From contig NC_043000.1 in the NCBI RefSeq assembly GCF_006345805.1, positions 130,386,001 through 130,450,000 on the forward strand: a stretch of 64,000 nucleotides of DNA. The letters are read 5' to 3'. The first letter of the stretch is position 1. Every line of letters begins with the position of its first letter. A program made the translations under genes and the position numbers. Below the pieces are notes generated by a model. That model was not told the origin of the DNA. It saw only the letters and a program-made list of their open reading frames with translations, and searched no databases. This document shows positions 54,027-64,000 of the stretch, in pieces. This DNA comes from Octopus sinensis. Its lineage: Eukaryota.

Positions 54027-54789
54027 TACAGGACACCACAACGAAACGTAGAACACAACGAGAAACGAAAACATAAAACCAAACAAGGAAACGGACTTTT
54101 TTTAACAACGAAAAAACAGAGTACAGGAAGAACAATACAAGGAAAATTCCCCTTCATCAGCTGCCCCTGGTTCGACTCAATGCGTGTTTCGAAGGTAAGG
54201 GCAGAACACGGCCAGGCCGAAGCAGTCCTTCCTGAAAAAGGAATTAAATAAAATTCTTTTGCAGAGGGGTAAAACAAGTGACAAGAACAGGACGTAAAAG
54301 CAATACAAATGAAGAAAAAACAGTACAAATAAGGAATAACAGTACAGGGAACCAACAATAGGGGCCACGCATATACACACTCGTGCTATGTTTGTGTGTA
54401 TATGAGTATGTGTGTGTATGTGCGTGCGTTTGTGCATGTGCGAGTGTGTATATGTGTGTATGCATATGTGTGTGTGCGTATGTGTGTGTGTATGTGCGTG
54501 CGTGTGTGTATGTGCGTGCGTGTGTGTATTTGTATGTGTACATACAATTTCATCTTGAATTAGACAGAAGACATTAATGTTCAAATACATCGAACCAACA
54601 TCTTCAATACATAGAACAGATATTGCATGCTGTAAGTAAAATAATTGGTGTATTTGATTATACTACTCACTTTCTAAGTAAAACTCTGACGCTTTTCAAT
54701 CAAATCATACAAAGTGATAACATCTCTGAGAGTCGGGAAATAAAATGTGTAAGTGGAAGCAGTGAAAACAGCAAGTCATTTTTTTCAGC

Positions 54790-55045
54790 ACATTATTTAC
54801 ATTATTTACATTTGACGGATACTTGTCCTCATCTTTGTTATTAACACAACGTTTCGAACTGATATACCCTCCAGCCATCAGCTGTCTTCGGGAAATTTCG
54901 AACCTGGGTTCTTATTCCTGATGTATTTTATTATTATTATTATTATTATATTATTATTATTATTATTATTCAGGTCACAGCCTGGAATCGAACTCGGGAT
55001 CTTGGAGTTAGCAGCTAGCGCTCTTAACCACTACGCCATATGCCC
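54790..55045 (-). mobile_element. tRNA-headed SINE with an (AAT)n spacer and a decayed hammerhead-like tail
   Basis: Head GGGCATATGGCGTAGTGGTTAAGAGCGC..GAGTTCGATTCCAGG (A and B boxes), then (AAT)n, then GACAG-CTGATG-GCTG(GAGGGTATAT)CAGT-TC-GAAAC-GTT-GTGTT at 54843-54888. Confidence 0.7.
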
Positions 55046-55067
55046 GTGGGCATATGGCGTAGTGGTT

Positions 55068-55233
55068 GGAGGCACAACATTCTGAGTTCTTTTACAGGCC
55101 TTAGAAAAACTGGAGGACTACTGCAATAAGCGTGTGAATCTGAGAAGGAAATATGCGGAATAAAATCATAACTAACTGATCCTCGTGTATTTTCTTTTAC
55201 CCAAAGCCAGAAACTTTTCAGGAGTCCCTCGTA
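55068..55233 (-). mobile_element. End of a mariner-like element (TIR fragment)
   Basis: The minus strand begins TA-CGAGGGACTCCTGAAAAGTTTCTGGC. A related end TA-CAAGGGACTGCTGAAAAGTTTCTGG occurs at 49766-49830. Confidence 0.6.
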
Positions 55234-55742
55234 TGCCTGTGCTGTAACGTATCGAACATACTTCACTGCAAAACATTTCATAGAGACTCAGGTCTCGTAT
55301 CAGGTTAATTTTTATACATATTCTCCACCGTTGGGTTTACTTCAATTTCAGTACATCCAATTTCAATTGCCTCCATTATAACCGCATATTGTGATGGACA
55401 AACTCTACCAACATTATGAGGGATATCCGAACCCCTAGAAACAGCTATTGGACTAATAATAGCTTTCCTTAAGCCTTTTAATTATCTCTATCGTTTGTAC
55501 TCCGTGAAAATTGGATCTATAAATATAAATATTTATATATTCATCGTCTAGAAGTCTCCATATTTTGCTCTCTTTCGTTTCGCAGTGGAAGAATGTTCCT
55601 CATCAGTTATATCTGTTGCAGTTCATTATTCCCTGGAGTGTAGGAGAGTCTAATTAAATCCTGTTAGAACGGTCATCTTTAGGTATGATCGAAAAGAATG
55701 GTTAAGTTGTACACTTAACCATTCTTTTTGATCATGTATATA

Positions 55743-55790
<48 letters not shown>

Positions 55791-55956
55791 AAACATATAG
55801 ATATATAGATAGATAGATTGATTAATTGATTGATAGATATAGATAAATAGATTGATAGAGAGTCAGACAGACAGACTGACAAACAGATAGATAAATAGAT
55901 AGATAGACAAACAGACAGGCAGGCAAACAGACAGACAGTCACATAAACAGACAGAG

Positions 55957-56061
<105 letters not shown>

Positions 56062-57158
56062 TAGTGATGGTGCATAGCCTAGTAGTTAGGATGTCGCATT
56101 TATGATCTGGTGATCGTGGTTTTGATTCCTACTCCGGGCAGTTTGTTGTCTTCTTAAGTAAAACTCTTTATTTCACGTTGAACTGCGCGCGATCATTTTG
56201 TCATCTGATGCGTTACAAATTTGTGAACTGTGCAGGCAATGTCGACTGGATGTCAGCACAAATATTTGATTATTATAAGCATGTATATATTTGTTTATTA
56301 AGAATTCGCTGAACCCTCATCCGTCATATAACGACGGGGGATTTCTTTGTGTGCGCGTGCGTGTATGCGTATGTGTGTGTGTCTGTGTGCGTGTGTGTGT
56401 GTGTGTGTGCAATTTCTCTACTGGGGTACAGTTAGTTGGAAAATAGCTATTTCTTCATAAAAATAATTTTAAAAGAAAACTTGATATTGATCATATATAC
56501 ACTAATATGTGCAAGAAAGATGCCCAGCCAAATTGCCCTAGATTGTAAATTTAAATTTGCACTTATGAATTATGTTACTGTTTCAATGAAACAAAAAAAA
56601 AGCATCTAAAATATATTCTGGGAATTGAAAATGTAAGTGCATCGGTGAAAACATGCATGACATTTTTGAAATTCAATTTATAACTCTACTTTTGTTGTCT
56701 AGATCCCAAATGTAAAAACATTGTCTCCTGTTTACAAACCAAGTTTATAAAAAAGATTTCAAAGACAAGTAAAGAACACATACATAGAAACTGCTTCCAG
56801 CAATGTTCAGAGAAATTTTCTTTATTAAATAATGTTGTTTCGCTTTTTTTTTTCTTACTAGAGGCAAGGCCAATTCTTAGAAGAGCTATTGTCATTTTTC
56901 GAAACTTTCCTGTTTTACTACTTACATAAAGCTGATTGCAGTGAAATGCTTATTCGCCTCCGGTGTTAACTGAACTTAAATGTCTAATGTACAAAATCAT
57001 TTTCAGTGTGTAATGTCATTATATGAATAAAACAACAGGCTTTACAACTTCTCCTCAGACATTATCGTTTCAACATTAATTTGTGGATAAGTTAGAAGTT
57101 GAGCAGAAATCATTCCCTTTCTATATTCATGGCCGCCGCTATTGACAAGAACATGTTA

Positions 57159-57560
57159 AAGGCGGCGCGCTGGCCGAAACGTTAGCGCGCCGGGCGAAAT
57201 GCTTAGCAGTATTTCGTCTGCCATTACGTTCTGAGTTCAAATTCCGCCGAGGTCGACTTTGCCTTTCATCCTTTCGGGGTCGATAAATTAAGTACCAGTT
57301 ACGCACTGGGGTCGATATAATCGACTTAATCCATGTATCTCTCCTTGTTTGTCCTCTCTGTGTTTAGCCCCTTGTGGGTAGTAAAGAAATAGGTATTTTG
57401 TCTGCCGCTACTTTCTGAGTTCAAATTCCGCCGAGGTCGACTTTGCCTTTCATCCTTTCGTAGTCGATTAAATAAATACCAGTTTCGCACTGGTGTCCAT
57501 GTAATCGGCTTAATCCATTCGTCTGTCCTTGTTTAGCCCATTGTGGGCAGTAAAGTAATA
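57159..57560 (+). mobile_element. tRNA-derived SINE (family A), head plus two monomers, with TSD
   Basis: Monomers at 57208-57391 (184 bp) and 57392-57560. TSD TATTGACAAGAA(C/A)ATGT at 57140-57156 and 57561-57577. Confidence 0.9.
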
Positions 57561-58281
57561 TATTGACAAGAAAATGTAACGTAGTTATTCTTAGATTGGT
57601 TACCTAGCCTGGCCATGCCTCCTAAAAACAACGATGGACACATAGTAGAGTCAAACCAGCATCAAATTGGGCCTCAGCTCCAATTCTGCTAAGGTCATCT
57701 CAGCTAGAGTGTGGTGGAAAATCGAGTAGCATACCTACCACCTTTTCTTTATGACCCAGACTCTACAAGATAACTGTAACTTTATCATTCCTAGATTGCA
57801 AAGCGAACGGCCAGCATTGTGCGTATGGTTTATAACGGAATAAAATAACATAACAATTATTTATTTGAAAGGAAAATATTATCGTAACCATTACGGTAGA
57901 ACGCTCATTTGCAATACGATAACTATTTTCTACATTTATGTTTGACCATTTGACATTTGCAAGTAAATATCAAATAAATCAACAATTTAATTATTAGATA
58001 CTTGTTTCTAATATATATTTATTATGTTGTTGGTTATGAATGTATTTTTACATTATCTTTTCTCTCTTGTTGCATTGAACGTTAAATACTCTTGAATATT
58101 ATAGAGTCTTCAGTTGAAGTTTAAACATTTTACATAAATACATTTTTAAACATAAAAAATGTATTGATTTGGACGTTTATCACTGCTATATGAAATGAAG
58201 AATAATAATGTTTTTCAATACTATTTTCTGTAAGAAATGGAAACTAAAAGGTGCAAGGTTCATTCACTTTCCTAATATATA

Positions 58282-58762
58282 AGGCGGCGAGCTGGCGGAA
58301 TCGTTAGCACGTCAGGCCCGAAATTTAGGGGAGGGAGCCAGTCGATTAGATCGACTCCATTACGCAACTGGTACTTAATTTATCGACCCCGAGAGGATGA
58401 AAGGCAAAGTCGACCTCGAAGGAATTTGAACTCAAAACGTAAAGACAGACGAAATACCTATTTCTTTACTACCCACAAGGGGCTAAACACAGAGAGGACA
58501 AAGAAGGACAGACAAACGGATTAAGTTTGTCAAGCGATGTTGGGGGACAAACACAGATACATAACATACACGCACACATATATATATATACATACATACA
58601 ACGGGCTTCTATCAGTTTCCGTCTACCAAATCCACTCACAAGACTCTGGTCGGCCCGAGGCTATAGTAGAAGACACTTGTCCAAGGTGCCACGCAGTGGG
58701 ACTGAACCCGGAACCATGTGGTTCGTAAGCAAGCTACTTATCACACAGCCACTACTACGCCT
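58282..58762. mobile_element. Composite SINE: family A head (+), family A monomer junction (-), family C fragment (-)
   Basis: AAGGCGGCGAGCTGGCGGAATCG (+) is followed by the inverted family A body, then family C sequence from ~58527. Confidence 0.75.
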
Positions 58763-59321
58763 TTATTTATTTTATTTTACCGAGAAGTCTACGACAGCGG
58801 CGTCACAGCCTTTCGTATATATTTCGCATTTGTGCTTCGAGTACGTTTTGTGATAGAGTTTCCTCATCGTTGACAATAATAAAAGAGATAAAGATTGTTG
58901 CGTAGACTTAATACATTGCCCATCTTAACACCATCTCCATACATATTACAAGCTTTCAAATCAGATTTCTGATTGATAGATAACTTCATCACACCAACCT
59001 TGGACGACTTGGAAAGTTTGACTGGTTTTGTCTTTACAACTCTTACTCATTCACATAAAAGCCATAATTATCTTGTCCTCGGTTTATGTCACGACATAGT
59101 TCATTATCTCCTGTCTCTTTCAGGACGCTGCGGTGTGATTTAAAGGATATATTTGTCAGCTCTGTCTGGGAGGTGGAAGGATAGCAAAAATTCGATTCTT
59201 TAGTCTAGACATCCCTTTGTTCTACTAAGGAAGTTTTTAAGTTGTGTATTTTGAGGAGATCAAGTTGTAATTACTAACTTTTCAAAATATCCATTTCTCC
59301 CTCTCTCTCTCTCTCTCTCAT

Positions 59322-59410
<89 letters not shown>

Positions 59411-60198
59411 CTATCCCTCTTGCCCTGACACGCAGGACTCCCTTCTCTCCATATATATCTCATTCTTTCCATACACACACTCACACACACACTACACACA
59501 CTCTCACACACACACACACATACACTCACACACCCACGCACACATACACTCGCACAAACGCGCACACACACACAAGTGATTTTGTAAATTTTCAAGCGAT
59601 TACGCTGGACCATGCGGTTTTTCATTCGGTCGGGTACGTGCAAATTATCTGATGATAACTTTATTATCACATTCAGGAGCGGTAACTTCAATGTATAATA
59701 TTTTATTAAGCTTCAAACTGTCAGAAAAGATTCGGGCTTTACTCTATTGGGTATGATTCACATTAATATTTGTATACAAGAGGAGCGAGTAATAAGGCTA
59801 ATGCAGTTATTTCTTGATTACAACTCCCGATGGTTCTTCACAACTTACTGACCACGGCTTGCTGTACGAGGACAATGGGGAAGGAATTTCAGCAATCTAA
59901 AACATTGTCTTTGGGTACTGATAGGTTTTTCTGTGTAGAAATAACCGTTCGCCTGTGTATGCACGCGTGTGCCATTATGTGTGGGCGTGTATGTAAGTAT
60001 GTGTGTATGTGCAGATATATAAGCAAAAAACACAAACACATTTATACGTATACACACAAACACATAATTACATACACGTATACACGTACAAACCGAAAAA
60101 CACACGTACGCGAGCTCACACTCTTCCCTCTACGTGTATACGTGTGTGTCGTGTGTCTGAATCTCTGTGTGAGTGTTTATGTGTGCGTGTGTGTGTGT

Positions 60199-60248
<50 letters not shown>

Positions 60249-60996
60249 GTGAGCATATGCGTGAATGGATAGGATAGAGAAGGAGAAAGGGAGAATAAAG
60301 GAGAGAAAATGCCTGCGTGTGTCAGGAAAAAAAAATAGATAGGTATGCATAGGGAAGCATCGAAAAATAGATTTATTGAATAATTGATCGATCAATTGAT
60401 TGATAGTGAAATAGAATGATTTTCTGATTGTTTTTTTTTTCATTTCTATTTCAGTTTTACTTCTTTTAAATATTGGTATTTGATATGACGGGTGGTTAGG
60501 GATTCCAATACAGGCGATGAGTATTAGGAGCGATATACCCATAACATGTGATTGTATTATTTTTCTTCTCTACACTTTTGTATCAAGGTTGACAATTTCC
60601 CTCACTCGTAAATCACTCTCATGTGTAATAAAATATCGGGAAAGAGGGGAAAAAAATCAATCAAAATACATGTGCCAAATATGGAATCATGCTGATTGTA
60701 ATACTTTATGGACATTAAGCCGCAAAAGTGTAAAATTGAATATTTTATGTGCGTAGAGAGGATGGCATGGGTGTAGAGAGATTGTATTCTACTGTTTAGG
60801 ATTTATTTGTTGGTGAATTTAAATTTTCTTCATAGTTTTATTCTTTAATTATTTAAAATCATGTGAAGCAAAACAAACTGCCATTTTTTTTGTCATATGT
60901 GATAGCATATCGTCACTGGATTCAGCACGAACATGTTCACATATACAGGCGCACGCACAAGCACACCGAACTACATATATACAGATTTGTATGTAT

Positions 60997-61205
<209 letters not shown>

Positions 61206-61324
61206 AGAGACATAACAGGATCAAACAATTCAAACAATGATAGACGTAAATCATACCATATAGAAAAATATAAATGATAAAATTTCTACCTAGATTATAC
61301 CCCCTAATATTATATATATACACT

Positions 61325-61374
<50 letters not shown>

Positions 61375-61742
61375 CACACGCACATACACAGAGACACGCT
61401 TAATGTATGTATATATGCATGCATGTATGCATGTAATTCAAATGCATGTAGCCTTCCATTTTATTTAATAAAATCATTCAGCCTTGATATAATTTCGATT
61501 AGAGACTCAGTGCAGTGAAAACAATGCCAACAGCGACATCTTGCAATTTCTTGCTTTTTTTGTTTCTGTTTCGATTAGAAGACAAAAACGTGAACAGAAA
61601 ATGCAAAAAACATACTAACATAACTTATCAAACAGCATAAACTTGGTTTACATGCTGTGTATTTCATATGGCGTTGACATTACATTTCGCATACGTCATG
61701 TCATTTGCTTTATGCTTTGTCTGTGATATATATTGTTGTATA

Positions 61743-62162
61743 TACTCTTTTACTCTTTTACTCTTTTACTTGTTTCAGTCATTTGACTGCAGCCATGCTC
61801 GAGCACCGCCATTAATCGAGCAAGTCGACCCCGGGACTTATTCTTTTGTAAGCCCAGTACTTATTCTATCGGTCTCTTTTGCCGAACCACTAAGTAACGG
61901 GGACATAAACACACCAGCATCGGTTGTCAAGCAATGCTAGGGGGACAAACACAGACACACAAACACACACACGCATATATATATATATATACATATATAC
62001 GACGGGCTTCTTTCAATTTCTGTCCACCAAATCCACTCACAAGGCTTTGGTCGGCCCGAGGCTATAGTAGAAGACACTTGCCCAAGGTGCCACACAGTGG
62101 GACTAAACCCGGAACCATGTGGTTGGTAAACAAGCTACTTATCACTCAGCCACTCCTGCGCC
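61743..62162 (-). mobile_element. Full-length tRNA-derived SINE (family C)
   Basis: Head GGCGCAGGAGTGGCTGAGTGATAAG..CCGGGTTTAGTCCC and an (AAAAGAGT)n tail at 61743-61770. Confidence 0.92.
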
Positions 62163-64000
62163 AATATATATATATATATGGATGGACGTGTCTGTGCTGC
62201 GCGTGCGTGTGTATAAAAGTAATATTTTATATATATTACGTTTAGAGATTCCCCTTAATCAAATTGTCGTGATTTTCGTGCTGTTTTCGAATCATGCAAA
62301 ATCACAACAAATTGTGAAGTGTATTTCTGACAAAATATTTGAACGATACTTTCGAAACAGTTATGTTAAGTAGTCAATAGATATTCTAAGAATATTAAAG
62401 GGTGTAACTGGCTGAGTCACCAATGTAAGTTGGGGGGAGTGTCTCCTATATGTAACGTGTTCGTGTTGTAACATAATGCATAGTTTGCATTTTTACAAGG
62501 CCGTTCATAGAAAGAATCCGTTTTCAGTGATTTCTTAAAGAGGCGTGAATAAAGAATATTCAGAAGGCAAGTTTATACAACAAAAACATTGAAATTTATT
62601 CATTTGCGTAATGAGTGCTAGCAAGTGATAACAAGGATTATTCTTGACTATGAATGGGAAACAGATATATGCATATGCGAGACAGGAAAAATCGCATGAC
62701 TTACTATATACCCTGAGGTTTATATGAAGCAGAGTTGAAGTTGATATTAATCAAATGAGTCGCATGTAAGTTGGAGCTGGATAGAGAAAATGTGATATGC
62801 CGAAGAAAACGATGTTGCTTCTATGCCGTCAACTCTGCAACCGATTTGAAACTGCCGATTCTCTTCTGTAGCGAGTGCTGCTGCTAAGGCAGATCACTGC
62901 TGTTTTATTCATACGCCTCCAGGTTCGATTGGCTGGGATCTGTCAAAGCACAACTGAACAATGCCACGGTGACGTAATAGATCTTTCCAGACTCGCTAAA
63001 GGGGTTTCAAAATTAAGTAAGAACGTATGGAGTCTACTAGTCACAAATAAATTGTTTAAAGTGTGGTTTAGGAACGAGGAAAGTTACCATAAAACAGCTT
63101 CTGAATTTCTTTGTACGTGAAATTACATTAAATTCAGCAATAATTTGCATTTCCAGAGAATATGTAAATAGCAAACCAGTCATACATCTTAACAGTACAA
63201 ATGCAGACACCATCTAGGTATTGCAGTGATGAAGGAGTGGAGAAATTCTATAAAACCTAGGACAAGAACAAAGATGACCGTAAGGTAAACTTTGATTCAG
63301 ATACTAAAGAAGGTTTGGTAAAAATTTTACGACAGGCGAATAAGATTATTAGAACTGAAAAATCAACACAGGCTAAATATAGTAAATTCTGTTTCAAGTC
63401 TTCTCAGAGTATTTATCCAATCTTCTAAGCTGTTTTCACTGCTATTCTGTGTTCAAGGATGCCTTAATTTTCTGTAGTGTAAATACAGTACATCATCACA
63501 AACCGCAAAGGAGAATCATATGGCATTCATCTCAAGAGTTACCGAGATATCTAACATCAGAATCGATTGTATTGTTCGATCAAATTGAGTATAAATGGAG
63601 CGTAAATGTCTTTAAGACTTAACATTTCCAGCTGCTGATATAGGTAGCGTTTGCGAATTTTGAGGATGACGTATAAAAGTTAAACTCAAGTCAATCATGC
63701 AGAATGAAAATCAAGAGTGGTCTTGAAATGTTTAAAGAACGGAGCGTAACAGATATTAATGTACAAACAGAAGGAAAATTCGTATTTTGTTATTAGATAG
63801 AAACGTGTAAGAATTAACAAGATACTTTGAAGAAATAATAACAACTGTGGCCGACAGAATTCTTGGCAATAGGAAGAAAGTTAAGAATCCTTTGATAAAT
63901 AAAGGTGTTTTTAATCAATTGTGATGAAAGGGAAGATCTGAAACAGAAACGATTCGAAAATGAGACAGAAGGAATCGAATATCGATTGGCCAATCGAATA

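Noticed and set aside
54150-54215. Minus-strand GAAAC...GTC...CTGATGA suggesting a type II hammerhead
   Set aside because: No stem I can form between GUC and CUGAUGA, and stem III is mismatched.
54970-55045. Possible tRNA gene (also the SINE heads at 7887, 34107 and 48663)
   Set aside because: A and B boxes are present but there is no proper acceptor stem, and each is attached to a SINE body.
55565-55612. Minus-strand CTGATGA...GAAAC
   Set aside because: No GU/H cleavage triplet or stem I, and the internal hairpin is out of register.

Overview
AT-rich, microsatellite-dense eukaryotic DNA. The repeat repertoire looks like an octopus/cephalopod genome (inference from SINE families and base composition). 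I find no recognisable intact host gene, no rRNA, no true tRNA and no CRISPR array, and most ORFs in the supplied track are microsatellite artefacts. The window is a transposon graveyard: several tRNA-derived SINE families, a mariner transposase remnant, a Tc2-like MITE, a CR1-type LINE RT fragment, an R4/Dong-like LINE 3' end, a Helitron helicase 3' end that the ORF track misses, non-autonomous Helitrons inside a ~955-bp tandem duplication, and two Penelope-like element (PLE) remnants. The most striking signal is a set of hammerhead-ribozyme (HHR) motifs and fold-back structures. (i) A minimal type I HHR with a compensatory U3-A8 core lies ~140 nt downstream of the Penelope GIY-YIG ORF (52483-52520). 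(ii) A 464-bp zero-loop palindrome (27031-27494) carries a canonical-core HHR in one arm and a core-mutated copy in the other. (iii) A tRNA-headed SINE has a decayed HHR tail (54790-55067). (iv) A further degenerate HHR scaffold lies at 6228-6263. A SINE family also recurs as TSD-flanked head+monomer+monomer concatemers with an identical junction at three loci. Decayed, unidentified exon-like segments occur at 3.8-6.6 kb (minus) and 13.4-14.3 kb (plus). All structures were folded and translated by eye; none has been confirmed computationally.
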